A stretch of DNA of 64,000 bases from Candidatus Ratteibacteria bacterium (GCA_046296715.1 JBKBIN010000008.1:637-64636), one strand, 5' to 3'. Positions 1 to 9,395 are shown, counted from the stretch's first letter. Numbers and translations are program-made. Notes: generated by a model not told the origin, from the sequence alone.

Positions 1-197
1 TTCAATCTCTTTCTATTCTTTAAATCCATTTTTGTTAAGTCAATAAGTTCAATTGCTTTTTCAATTGAAACTTTAAAATATTTTTTATTTTTACTTTTCC
101 AGTTTATTCCTCTTAGTACTTCTATCCCTATGTTTGCCATCTGTTCAATAAAATCAATTTCAAACCATTTACTTTTTTTCAAAGATTTATAGTACAT
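1..197 (-). CDS. Conserved helical hypothetical protein, partner of DUF5674 (partial, runs off the window start)
   Basis: Not in the ORF track. ATG at 197 reads MYYKSLKKSKWFEIDFIEQMANIGIEVLRGINWK...AIELIDLT..., open to position 1; overlaps the DUF5674 stop. Confidence 0.75.
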   Translation of the reverse strand, partial: MYYKSLKKSKWFEIDFIEQMANIGIEVLRGINWKSKNKKYFKVSIEKAIELIDLTKMDLKNRKRL

Positions 198-543
198 CGT
201 CTATCACCAATTCATTTATAATCTTTTTAATTTTCTCTTTTATCTCTATACTTTCAACATCTCTTGATTTATTTCCAAAAGATGGCTTTATGTTAATCAC
301 AGAGTCAAACTCAATAAAATTTTCTTTCTGTTCAGGATAGAGATTAATACCCCATAAGTTTTCTGGGCTTGAACCATTTTCAAGTAATAACGCCTCTTCA
401 TCCGAATGAAGTTCTCCACCAATAACCATAATCTCTTTTTCTATATCTACCACTCCTTTTACAAGAATATCAAACATTTGCTCTGCAATTTTTTTTAATT
501 CAGACATTTTTATTTTATTATTTCTATCAACAATTCTCATCAT
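187..543 (-). CDS. DUF5674 family protein
   Basis: Motifs VKGVVDIEK, GGELHSD-E-LL, LWGINLYP, IEFDSVINIKP. Confidence 0.8.
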   Translation of the reverse strand: MMRIVDRNNKIKMSELKKIAEQMFDILVKGVVDIEKEIMVIGGELHSDEEALLLENGSSPENLWGINLYPEQKENFIEFDSVINIKPSFGNKSRDVESIEIKEKIKKIINELVIDDVL

Positions 544-2429
544 TCAAGTTCTCTTCTCATTGCCATATCATAAAGGACTCTTTCTCTTGCCTTGTCTATT
601 CCAAGTTTTTTTCTTTTTTCATCTATATGTTTAAGCATAAGATCTGCAATTTTTTCAGGATCTTGTTCAAATGCCCATTTCCCACCAACTTCTTTTTCAA
701 TATCTTCAAATAAATATTTTGTTAAATTTTTACTTCCAAATGTAGGCCATGTAACTCCAAAAACAACAAAAACACCAGAAGAAACAAAATATTGTCCTAT
801 ACTTAAAGCTTTTTCACTCATCCATTCAGGTGCAGAACCAGCAACAGGTAGTTCAGAAATATCATCTCCAAGTCCACCTTCTTTAACTACACATGTTGCA
901 GCCATTAAAATTCTTGAATTATCAACACAACTACCCATGTGAATAACTGGTGGAATTCCAACTGCTTCGCATACTTCTCTTAATCCTTTTCCAGCATAAT
1001 TTAATCCTTTCACAGAATCCATAAATCCTGCTTTTGCACAGGCAATTGCTGAACACCCTGTCATTAATACAAGAACATCATTTTCTATAAGTTTACTTAC
1101 AAGTTTTATATGAATCTGGTCTTGAGGAACTTTTGGATTGTTACAACCAACAACTCCTGCAATCCCTCTTATTTTTCCATTTATTATATTGTCATTTAAA
1201 GGTCTATAAGATGCTCTAAATCTACCACCAAGAATATAATAAATACTTTCATAAGAAAAACCAGCAATCAAGTCCATAGAATTTTCAGGTATTAAAATAC
1301 TTTCTTTCTTTCTATTTTCAAAATTTTCAATTGCCATTTTTATTATCTCTTTTGCCTTTTCTAATGCATTTTCTTCAGTAAATTGAATATGTATTGCACC
1401 TGGAATTTTTGCTTTTTCAGATGTTGTTATAATTTTTGTATGGAAACAGGATGCAACTTCAGGTAAAGAAGCCATTATACATTGAACATCAACAACCATA
1501 ACTTCAACTGCTCCTGTAGTTATTGCCATCTCTTGATTTAAAAAATTACCTATAATTGAAATTCCATGTCTCATTAGAACTTCATTTGCAGTACAACATA
1601 TTCCTCCTATATTTATTCCTTTTGCTCCTTTTTGTTTTGCAAGATTTATAAGTTCTGAGTCTTCTGAAGCAACAACAATCATTTCAGATAAAAGTGGTTC
1701 ATGTCCATGTACAATTATATTTACATATTCTTCTTTCAAAACACCAAAATTAACCTTTCCAAGGATTGGTTCAGGTGTTCCAAATAAAATGTCTTGTAAA
1801 TCTGTCGCAATCATTGAACCACCCCAACCATCTGAAAGAGCACATCTTTGTGCTTGTTTCATTAAATTTAAATAATCCTGATCTGTTCCCATATGAGTTC
1901 TGTGAAGTGCTTCAACAACTTCTCTATCAATTCCTCTTGGAGTTATTCCAAGTTCAGTCCAAATTTTTTGTCTCTTTAAAGGCGCTCTTTTTGTAAATAT
2001 TAAATCTCCTTCCTGTTGTCCAAATTGAGACAAACATACCTGACCAACTTTTTCAGCAATTTCTTCTGTTTTTTTATCTTTTATTTCTATTCCAAATTCA
2101 AGGGCAAGTTTAATAAGTTTAAATTCATCTTTGATTTCGTATCCTTGTGCCTCTTTCCTTGCTACTTTAACCAATGTCTCTGCAACTGCTCTTCCATGGT
2201 CTGAATGTGCACTTGCACCAACAGCAATTTTCCTTAATAAATTTCTTGCAACAATTATATCTCTATCAGCACCACAAATACCCTTTTGTGGATCTTTTTC
2301 AAATCGACTTATTCTACAAGGACCCATAGAACAATTTCTGCAACATATTTCAAGAATTCCAAAAGGACATTGTGGTTGTTGTAATTTTAATCTTTCATCT
2401 AATGTAATAAATTTTTTTTCCTTGTTCAT
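540..2429 (-). CDS. cooS: Ni-Fe carbon monoxide dehydrogenase catalytic subunit (ACS-associated type)
   Basis: QCPFG...CCRNCSMGPC and GICGA (D/B clusters); C-cluster ligands in HGHEP, GICCT, VDVQC, GCNN, TGCS, GSCVDN; SEKA; SD GGGAGGG. Confidence 0.97.
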   Translation of the reverse strand: MNKEKKFITLDERLKLQQPQCPFGILEICCRNCSMGPCRISRFEKDPQKGICGADRDIIVARNLLRKIAVGASAHSDHGRAVAETLVKVARKEAQGYEIKDEFKLIKLALEFGIEIKDKKTEEIAEKVGQVCLSQFGQQEGDLIFTKRAPLKRQKIWTELGITPRGIDREVVEALHRTHMGTDQDYLNLMKQAQRCALSDGWGGSMIATDLQDILFGTPEPILGKVNFGVLKEEYVNIIVHGHEPLLSEMIVVASEDSELINLAKQKGAKGINIGGICCTANEVLMRHGISIIGNFLNQEMAITTGAVEVMVVDVQCIMASLPEVASCFHTKIITTSEKAKIPGAIHIQFTEENALEKAKEIIKMAIENFENRKKESILIPENSMDLIAGFSYESIYYILGGRFRASYRPLNDNIINGKIRGIAGVVGCNNPKVPQDQIHIKLVSKLIENDVLVLMTGCSAIACAKAGFMDSVKGLNYAGKGLREVCEAVGIPPVIHMGSCVDNSRILMAATCVVKEGGLGDDISELPVAGSAPEWMSEKALSIGQYFVSSGVFVVFGVTWPTFGSKNLTKYLFEDIEKEVGGKWAFEQDPEKIADLMLKHIDEKRKKLGIDKARERVLYDMAMRRELE

Positions 2430-2490
2430 TTTTTCCCTCCCATTGTTGAAAAAAACATTTATCTTTCAACATAATTTTTCACTTTACACA

Positions 2491-2652
2491 TTAATCACAT
2501 ATTTTCCTAATTTTTACAGATTGGGCTCTATCTGAAATTTCAATAAATTTAAAAAAATCTTTTCCCTTACTATGTGAAAAAGCACATTCAATTTCACATG
2601 TTCTACAGGCAAAACATTTTTCAAAATCAATTATTATCTTCCCTTTTTTCAT
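2491..2652 (-). pseudogene. cooF: Truncated CooF-like 4Fe-4S ferredoxin, N-terminal fragment only (53 aa)
   Basis: Not in the ORF track. MKKGKIIIDFEKCFACRTCEIECAFSHSKGKDFFKFIEISDRAQSVKIRKICD*; one CxxCxxCxxxC..H motif; ATGA overlap with the acsD stop; directly upstream of cooS. Confidence 0.75.
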
Positions 2653-3584
2653 TTCATTTCTTGTATAAGTTCGTTTATTAATTTTGCAGTTTCAGGATGC
2701 CTTATAACAACTATATCTGCTCCTGCAAGTAAAAGTAAAGTTGCGGTTAATGCTTCAAACATAATTCCTCTTTCCTTTTCTTTCCCAAGTTTAATATCAA
2801 AATTTTCAGGAATACTTACTTCCTTTATTTTCCACACTTCTTTTGATAAATAACAGTATAATGGAAATGCAAGTTTATCATCTCCTTGAAGCAAACCAGC
2901 AATTCTATCTCTTTCCATAACAGAATAAGTATATTCAATTCCATAACCTAAAGCACCAACAGTTGGATCCATAATAATTTTATTTTCAGGGACTCCAAGT
3001 TCAATAAGTAAAATATTTAATTGTTTAGCAAGGTTTATATCAATTGGAGTTGATGCAATAACAACATGTTTATAAGCAATTGCACTTGCTCCAATTTGTT
3101 TGTAATTTTTATCAAGAACAGGTCCAATTGCTACATTTTTTCCACTTGCAACTTCACAAACCATTTTTAAGACACTTATATCCTTTTCAACATTACCAGT
3201 CCCCCAGAAAATTAAAGGAACATCTATTTCATTTACAATTTTTTCAACAATTGGTCTTACTTCTTCTACACTTTTATTCATTCCATTAGGATCTGTTGAA
3301 TTTAAAAAGATTGTTAGACATTTTGCATTATATTCATTTATACATTTTTTAGCCCAACTAACTGGATCATTTACAACATCTTTATAAGGAGAAAGACATA
3401 TTTGAGACCATTCTTCAGGAGTACTATCCCATACTTCATAAGATATTATTGGTTTATTTGGAATTTCTCCTTCAAATGAATGAAAATTTAAACATGTCTG
3501 TCCACCAACTTTTATTTTTTTATCACCTATCCCTATTTCAACTTCTTTTATTTTCCCAGTATATTTAAGTTTTAAATCTTCCAT
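2649..3584 (-). CDS. acsD: Corrinoid iron-sulfur protein small subunit (CdhD/AcsD)
   Basis: YTGKIKEV, DPVSWAKKC, STDPN, IDINLAKQLN, DPTVGALGYGIEYTYSVMERDR, RHP. Confidence 0.95.
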   Translation of the reverse strand: MEDLKLKYTGKIKEVEIGIGDKKIKVGGQTCLNFHSFEGEIPNKPIISYEVWDSTPEEWSQICLSPYKDVVNDPVSWAKKCINEYNAKCLTIFLNSTDPNGMNKSVEEVRPIVEKIVNEIDVPLIFWGTGNVEKDISVLKMVCEVASGKNVAIGPVLDKNYKQIGASAIAYKHVVIASTPIDINLAKQLNILLIELGVPENKIIMDPTVGALGYGIEYTYSVMERDRIAGLLQGDDKLAFPLYCYLSKEVWKIKEVSIPENFDIKLGKEKERGIMFEALTATLLLLAGADIVVIRHPETAKLINELIQEMK

Positions 3585-3595
3585 ATCTTCTCCTT

Positions 3596-3766
3596 TTATG
3601 CTGGCGTTTTTCTTTTTTCACTTCCATATCCTTCACCAAACCAGTATCTTTCACTTACCTTTATAAATTTTACTATTTCATTTCTATTTTCAAATTTTTT
3701 CCATTTAAGAGGTTTTTTAGGTTTCCCTTCTTGATATGTCTCTCCAAGAACTTCTTTATTTTCCAT
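3596..3766 (-). CDS. Small hypothetical protein (56 aa) inside the acs operon
   Basis: Not in the ORF track. MENKEVLGETYQEGKPKKPLKWKKFENRNEIVKFIKVSERYWFGEGYGSEKRKTPA*; SD GGAGGGAG within the cooC 3' end; fills the cooC-acsD gap. Confidence 0.8.
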   Translation of the reverse strand: MENKEVLGETYQEGKPKKPLKWKKFENRNEIVKFIKVSERYWFGEGYGSEKRKTPA

Positions 3767-4523
3767 TTTCTCCCTCCATTTTTTTAATTATCTCTTCAAC
3801 ATAATTCAAAATTTCAGGAACAGCTTCCCATGGGGTTTGTCCTTTCAATTCACTCTTTTTAAATTGAGAAAAATATGGAATAAAACCAAGAATTTTCATA
3901 TTACCTAACTTTTCAATCAAAAATTTCTTTTCATCATCTATTTCAATCTTATTTCCAATTATACCAACATTTTTTATTTTTATATCTTTAGCAAGTTTAT
4001 CAATCCTTTTTGTCGTTTCTATACTTTTTTCAGTAGGTTCTGATATAATAAGTAGCCAGTCAATTCCTTCTGTTGTTCCCCTACCAAGATGCTCAATTCC
4101 TGCTTCCATATCAAGTATAACGACTTCATCCCTTTTGAGAATTAAATTTCTCAAAACTGCCTTTAAAAAAGCATTTTCTGGACACATACATCCAAGCCCT
4201 CCACCTCTAACTGTTCCCATAATTCCTAAAAGTAAATTCCCATTCTTATAAAAAAATCTTTCAGGGATATCATCAACTTCTGGATTCATTTTGAAAATGA
4301 TTGCTCTTTGACCAGGTGTTGTTTCTGTCCTTTCTGCTATTATATCTTTTAGTTCAATTAATGGAGTAATTTCATCTTTAATATTTAAGGTTGTTTTTAA
4401 ATTTGAGTCTGGATCAGCATCAATTAAAATAACTCTTTTCCCCTTTTTTAGATATACTTGTGATAAACACGCAGCAAAAGTTGTTTTTCCTGTTCCTCCT
4501 TTTCCAGAAATTGCTATTTTCAT
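3756..4523 (-). CDS. cooC: CODH nickel-insertion ATPase CooC
   Basis: SGKGGTGKTT, IDADPD, GCMCPEN CxC motif, DMEAGIEHLGRGT. Confidence 0.93.
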   Translation of the reverse strand: MKIAISGKGGTGKTTFAACLSQVYLKKGKRVILIDADPDSNLKTTLNIKDEITPLIELKDIIAERTETTPGQRAIIFKMNPEVDDIPERFFYKNGNLLLGIMGTVRGGGLGCMCPENAFLKAVLRNLILKRDEVVILDMEAGIEHLGRGTTEGIDWLLIISEPTEKSIETTKRIDKLAKDIKIKNVGIIGNKIEIDDEKKFLIEKLGNMKILGFIPYFSQFKKSELKGQTPWEAVPEILNYVEEIIKKMEGENGK

Positions 4524-4532
4524 AAGAAAATT

Positions 4533-4562
4533 ATTTTAAAACAGAAAAATTATATATGTCAA
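4533..4562 (-). promoter_or_regulatory. Sigma70-type promoter for the cooC-acsD-cooS operon (near-leaderless)
   Basis: TTGACA-18 nt-TAAAAT, ending 9 nt before the cooC ATG; no SD. Confidence 0.6.
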
Positions 4563-4605
4563 ATTTTTTAAAACTAATTCAAGATGATTATATTAAAACT
4601 ATACT

Positions 4606-5610
4606 TCACTCACTAACAAAGACATTATTTCTGCCCGATTTTTTGGCATTATAAAGAGCTTTGTCTGCTGATTTTATTAAATTTTCAACATTTTCTGCGT
4701 CAGAAGAATCAGCCACTCCAATACTTATTGTGATTTTTTTAGATGGTTGGCTTTCTTTTTCTCCCTCAAATTCTGTATTTTCAACAATTTGCCTTAATTT
4801 TTCAGCAACAAAATAAGCAGATTTTTTATCAGTTTCTGGCAGAAGAATTACAAATTCTTCGCCTCCATAACGGTAAATAAAATCAGAACTTCTTAAATTA
4901 GTTTTCCATAGTTCAAACATTTTTTTTAAAACAAAATCTCCTTTTTGATGTCCATAAAAATCATTGTATTTTTTAAAATAGTCAATATCAATCATTAAAA
5001 TAGAAAAAACTCTTCCATATCTTTTTGCTTTTGCAAATTCAACTAATATATCTTCATCAAACTTTCTTCTATTGAAACATCCAGTTAAGCCATCTTTAAT
5101 TGAAATTTCTTTTACTTTTGAAAACAACTCTGTTCTTTCTATTATTATTGATATCTCATTTGCTAACAGATTAATAAACTTCACATCCTCTTTACTAAAA
5201 GCATTAAGTTTAATAGAATCAACATGTATAATACCTTTTACTTCATCCTGAATTATAATTGGTACACATATTAAAGAAGACATTGAACAACCAGAGGGAA
5301 CACAGGATGACACTTCAGGTGTGTTTTTTATATCTCCTGTTATTATACTTTTTTTCGTAGTCAATATATATTTTATTGCAGGTGTGTCAATTGTAAATTC
5401 AATATTCCCTAAATTTTTTTCAAATCCACTTTCAGATATAACTCTAACTTTTTGATTTTCAATTAACATAATAGCACATCCTGAACAATTCGTTATATCT
5501 TTAATCTCATCAACCAATATTTTACAAACTTTATCAATTTCAAGATTAGCACCAACTGCACGATGTATTTTTAATAAAGCATTTAGAATTTTATTTTCAT
5601 AACTTTCCAT
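4606..5610 (-). CDS. GAF-GGDEF diguanylate cyclase
   Basis: N-terminal GAF; DGLTG.FNRR, DIDYFK.YND.YGH..GD, RSSD I-site, RYGGEEF. Confidence 0.93.
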   Translation of the reverse strand: MESYENKILNALLKIHRAVGANLEIDKVCKILVDEIKDITNCSGCAIMLIENQKVRVISESGFEKNLGNIEFTIDTPAIKYILTTKKSIITGDIKNTPEVSSCVPSGCSMSSLICVPIIIQDEVKGIIHVDSIKLNAFSKEDVKFINLLANEISIIIERTELFSKVKEISIKDGLTGCFNRRKFDEDILVEFAKAKRYGRVFSILMIDIDYFKKYNDFYGHQKGDFVLKKMFELWKTNLRSSDFIYRYGGEEFVILLPETDKKSAYFVAEKLRQIVENTEFEGEKESQPSKKITISIGVADSSDAENVENLIKSADKALYNAKKSGRNNVFVSE

Positions 5611-5706
5611 TTTTAATATATTAAACGATTAGATTTAAAAATTCAATTTTTACAAAAATTTTCCAATTCTAAAAATTGAAATATAATAAAATTTAAAGGG
5701 TGGACT

Positions 5707-6636
5707 ATGATATATGAAGGTTTTGAACCATCTTATTTAAAATTACACAAAACAGGAGAATTGAGAAAAAGAGTAGAAGATTTATGGAATTTAATGGAAA
5801 GATGTTCTTTGTGTCCGAGGGATTGTGGAGTTAATCGTCTCAAAGGAGTAAAGGGTTTTTGTCAGGCACCTGGAGCAAAACTTATTGTTTCATCATACTT
5901 CCCACATTTTGGAGAAGAAAAAGAATTAGTTGGCAAAGGTGGTTCTGGAACAATCTTTTTTGCTCATTGCAATTTAAGGTGTATATTTTGCCAGAATTGG
6001 GAGATAAGTCATTTTGGTACTGGTCATGAAATTACTATTGAAAAACTTGCAGATATGATGCTTGAACTTCAGAAAATAGGATGCCACAATATAAATTTTG
6101 TGACACCGACGCATTATTCTCCTCATATTTTAAAAGCGATAGATATAGCAGCAGGAAAAGGTTTAAGATTACCTATTGTTTACAATACAAGTGGATGGGA
6201 GAAAATTGAGATACTTAAATATTTTAATGGAGTTGTTGATATATATCTACCGGACTTTAAATATTGGGATTCAGAGATGTCAAAGAAATATTCAAAAGGA
6301 GCAGAAAGTTATCCTGAAATTACAAAACAAGCAATACTTGAGATGCACAGACAGGTTGGAGTTGCAAAGCCAGAGAAAGACGGGATTATATACAGAGGAC
6401 TTATGATAAGACATCTTGTTATGCCGAATAATGTATCTGGTTCAGAACATATATTAAAATGGATAGCAGAAAACTTACCAAAAGAAACTTACATAAACAT
6501 TATGGCACAATATACTCCCTATTATAAAGCATTTGATTATCCAGAGATAGCAAGAAGAATAACAATTGAAGAATATAGGAAAGTAGTGAAAAAAGCAAAA
6601 GAACTTGGCCTAACAAACCTTCATACCCCCTTTTAA
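5707..6636 (+). CDS. PflX-like radical SAM protein (copy 1, no N-terminal anchor)
   Basis: CSLCPRDCGVNR, HFGEE, GSGTIFF, CNLRCIFCQN (CxxxCxxC), DIYLPDFKY, RHLVMP. Confidence 0.9.
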   Translation: MIYEGFEPSYLKLHKTGELRKRVEDLWNLMERCSLCPRDCGVNRLKGVKGFCQAPGAKLIVSSYFPHFGEEKELVGKGGSGTIFFAHCNLRCIFCQNWEISHFGTGHEITIEKLADMMLELQKIGCHNINFVTPTHYSPHILKAIDIAAGKGLRLPIVYNTSGWEKIEILKYFNGVVDIYLPDFKYWDSEMSKKYSKGAESYPEITKQAILEMHRQVGVAKPEKDGIIYRGLMIRHLVMPNNVSGSEHILKWIAENLPKETYINIMAQYTPYYKAFDYPEIARRITIEEYRKVVKKAKELGLTNLHTPF

Positions 6637-6685
6637 CACCTCGTAGGTGTTAATTGGAGATTGTTGATAGAGTTGGTTTTCCAGA
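6637..6685 (+). repeat. REP-like palindromic repeat, copy 1 (49-bp unit)
   Basis: TTAACACCT-CGT-AGGTGTTAA hairpin (6633-6653) plus tail; 46/49 identical to copy 2. Confidence 0.85.
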
Positions 6686-6718
6686 GTTGCCTTGCTCAAA
6701 CAAAAAAAATATTAATAA

Positions 6719-8281
6719 TTAGTTTTTCAAAATCAGAAGTAACCAGTCCCTTGAATCAGGAGTTTCCAATTTTGTAATATTTTCAGATATTTCAATTTCA
6801 TTCAAAAAGTCTCCATTTCTAACATTAAACCATTTTGCAACTGCTGGCTTTTTTATAAATTCAGTTTTTAAAGATATCTTTCCTCCTTCAGGTATATATA
6901 TTACAGCAAAATCGTCATCTTCAGATTTACTGGCAACAATTTTTTTGTATGGATTTTCTATTGTTCCTGGTTGTTCAATAAGTAAATCCTGAAAAGGTTT
7001 TAATTTCCACCATTCAATTAAAGAGAAAAATTTTCTTAAATTTTTTACAGAAATTGCTCCTTGACTTACGACCGCTTTATTCCAAATAGGAGTAAGTCCA
7101 CTGTTTGGATGGTCAGTTGGAATTTCTTCTTTTTCTGCCCAGAACCAAATTCCATGATTACCATACGAAACACCACAAGTTGGAGAAATTAATAAACTCC
7201 AGTAAAGCGCTCTTCTAACATGAAAAGCATTAAATGGTTTTTTTGATTGATATGCAAGATGAAATTCATAATTTGGTTCAAGATTTACAATAGGTCTTGC
7301 CGGTTTTTTTTTCCACTCTTCAGTAGGTGGACCATAAGTAAGCCATTTAATATCCTCAATACTATCACCATGTCCACTTTGATATCCTATAAAGTCAAAC
7401 CAATCTTCGTTGCGGAATTCGTCAGCAATCCAGTGTAATCCTCCTGGATGCATAGTTACCAATCTATAATGCCTTTTCTCAAAAACTTCTCTTCCAATTT
7501 TTTTCCATCTTTCTGCTTTTTCACCACGATAATCACCATCCCCACCCAGTATCCAAATAACATGATAGGCACCCCATCGGGCAACGATATAATTAGCAAG
7601 TTTAATTAAAGCCTCTTCATTCAACACAGCACCAGGGGAAGGAGGTTTTAATGCCCATAGAATTACTGGCATCGCAACTAATCCATAATGATTTATCATA
7701 GCGACCTTACTATCAAGTCGTTTAAAAAAATTAGGATTAATCTGAATTTTTTCTGTTCCTTTGTAAGCAGTTTCGCCATATTCATCATAAGGATATGCTC
7801 TCCAATGAGTACAAACAAATTGAATTGCTGTAAAACCCTGTTCTTTTCTAATTTTTAGATATTCTTTCCAGTCATCTATTTTTGCTTTTAATACTCCATT
7901 CCAAGCAGTATCTGAAAGAAGAAAAAAAGGTTTGCCATTAGAATGAACAAAAAATCTCCTATTATCTGAAAGTTTAATAGTGCCATATAAATAAAGAGGA
8001 TTATCCCCTTGATACGTAGTACATAAGAAAGAACCAGATTTACCGTTCAAACCATCATTTACTTTATCAGAACATTCAATATTCCATTTCCATTTTCCAA
8101 TCTCATCAGGACAAAAACGAACTTTCCAAACTTTTCCGCCATCCCAGAAAGCATCAATTATATATTTTTTTCCAGAAGGAGATGTAAAAACAACAAAAAC
8201 ATTAACATCCCATAGTGGATTTGAGTATTCATATTTACTATCAAAAGTTAGTTCCAAAATATTCCATATTATACTTTCCAT
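6719..8281 (-). CDS. DUF5060/DUF4038 glycoside hydrolase (apiosidase/GH140-like)
   Basis: FWDGGKVWKVRFCP, PFFLLSDTAW, YIVARWGAY, TMHP, QSGH, NLEPNYE, YGNHGIW. Confidence 0.8.
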   Translation of the reverse strand: MESIIWNILELTFDSKYEYSNPLWDVNVFVVFTSPSGKKYIIDAFWDGGKVWKVRFCPDEIGKWKWNIECSDKVNDGLNGKSGSFLCTTYQGDNPLYLYGTIKLSDNRRFFVHSNGKPFFLLSDTAWNGVLKAKIDDWKEYLKIRKEQGFTAIQFVCTHWRAYPYDEYGETAYKGTEKIQINPNFFKRLDSKVAMINHYGLVAMPVILWALKPPSPGAVLNEEALIKLANYIVARWGAYHVIWILGGDGDYRGEKAERWKKIGREVFEKRHYRLVTMHPGGLHWIADEFRNEDWFDFIGYQSGHGDSIEDIKWLTYGPPTEEWKKKPARPIVNLEPNYEFHLAYQSKKPFNAFHVRRALYWSLLISPTCGVSYGNHGIWFWAEKEEIPTDHPNSGLTPIWNKAVVSQGAISVKNLRKFFSLIEWWKLKPFQDLLIEQPGTIENPYKKIVASKSEDDDFAVIYIPEGGKISLKTEFIKKPAVAKWFNVRNGDFLNEIEISENITKLETPDSRDWLLLILKN

Positions 8282-8294
8282 TTTTCGCCTCCTT

Positions 8295-8343
8295 CACCTC
8301 GTAGGTGTTAGTTGGAGATTGTTGATAGAGTTTGTTTTTCAGA
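8295..8343 (+). repeat. REP-like palindromic repeat, copy 2 (49-bp unit)
   Basis: CACCTCGTAGGTGTTAGTTGGAGATTGTTGATAGAGTTTGTTTTTCAGA; direct repeat of 6637-6685. Confidence 0.85.
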
Positions 8344-8833
8344 TGCTGTTTAATTCGGACCATTTTTGTACAAGATAATCCCTTCTTGGCTTATAAACTG
8401 ACTCATAAAAATATCTTTGAGAAAGCAGAATTCCTTTGTCAACACTTTTACAGATTGAAACTGCTTCTTCCCAAACTTTTTCAAAATTTTTAAATCTACT
8501 TTCTACCTGCTTTTTAAATTTTTCCTCATCTTGTATTTCTCCACCGATTGTAAAAAATTTAATTCCATCAATTAAGACACAGTAAGCCATTTCATCTCCT
8601 ATTTTCTCAATTCCAAAACTTTTTTCTATCTGTTCTATTTTTTCCTCTGGTAATTTTGCTTTCTTTTTCAACAATTCTTTTTGAGGTTTTTGTGTTTTAA
8701 ATCCTTTTTTTGCTGCTGCATAAAATATCGCCCTGTTTAAACCAAAACTTTTTGCAGTTGTTATTGGATATCCAAGAACATATGCTCTTGCTGCCTGTAA
8801 AACTGCCATAACCTGAAATCTACTTATAGCCAT
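8339..8833 (-). CDS. Conserved hypothetical protein co-transcribed with the DNA ligase domain
   Basis: 164-aa ORF, basic helical N-terminus RFQVMAVLQAARA...GLNRAIFYAAAK; overlaps the ligase 3' end. Confidence 0.75.
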   Translation of the reverse strand: MAISRFQVMAVLQAARAYVLGYPITTAKSFGLNRAIFYAAAKKGFKTQKPQKELLKKKAKLPEEKIEQIEKSFGIEKIGDEMAYCVLIDGIKFFTIGGEIQDEEKFKKQVESRFKNFEKVWEEAVSICKSVDKGILLSQRYFYESVYKPRRDYLVQKWSELNSI

Positions 8834-9395
8834 ATTTCAATTTCCTCCAGTCAATTGTAGCAACTGGTGCTTCATTGCCAACAAGATAAATTGAACTCCA
8901 ATTTTTTAATATAATTCCTTCTGCATCTTTTGAAACTTTTACGTCTGAAAAACTTTTAAAAAAATTATAATTAAGAAAATGAAATGGTTCAATAAATTTT
9001 AAATCTTTTAAAATTTCTTTTCTCTCTTTAAGTGCTTTTGAACCGACAAATTCCTTTTCCAAAAAAACAATATCAAAAACATAGATAATCGGTTTTATCT
9101 TTCTATGTTTTGTAAAAAGTGAAGGAATCCCTTTTCTTCCTTTTTCTGAATAAAGTTCACAATCAATAAGAGTATATTGTGGTAAAAATTTCATAGCAAT
9201 CTCTTTCAAATAAGTAAGTTTCTCTGTCCAGTTAGGATTTTTTTCTAATCTTCTTCCCCAGAATTCAATTTGATTTTTATATTTTATAACTTGCATTCTC
9301 CATCCATCAATTTTCTCTTCATAAATCCATTCACCTACAAGTTCTTCACCAAAATATGGTATTGGCTGCATTAACCATATAGGACCTATTTTCAT
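8820..9395 (-). CDS. ATP-dependent DNA ligase, adenylation domain only
   Basis: Motif I EEKIDGWR, III IDCEL, IIIa YVFDI, IV AEGIILK, V WRKLK; ends there with no OB domain. Confidence 0.85.
   Translation of the reverse strand: MKIGPIWLMQPIPYFGEELVGEWIYEEKIDGWRMQVIKYKNQIEFWGRRLEKNPNWTEKLTYLKEIAMKFLPQYTLIDCELYSEKGRKGIPSLFTKHRKIKPIIYVFDIVFLEKEFVGSKALKERKEILKDLKFIEPFHFLNYNFFKSFSDVKVSKDAEGIILKNWSSIYLVGNEAPVATIDWRKLKYGYK

Noticed and set aside
2572-2599. Inverted repeat ATGTGAAA...TTTCACAT upstream of cooS as a CooA/Rex operator
   Set aside because: The spacing fits neither consensus, and the sequence is explained by the Cys/His codons of the truncated cooF on the minus strand.
6630-6660. Repeat as an integron attC site (TTTTAAC...GTTAATT) or a CRISPR repeat
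   Set aside because: The hairpin is ~21 bp, far shorter than attC and without L boxes. Copies are kilobases apart with no spacers, and there is no integrase or cas gene in the window.
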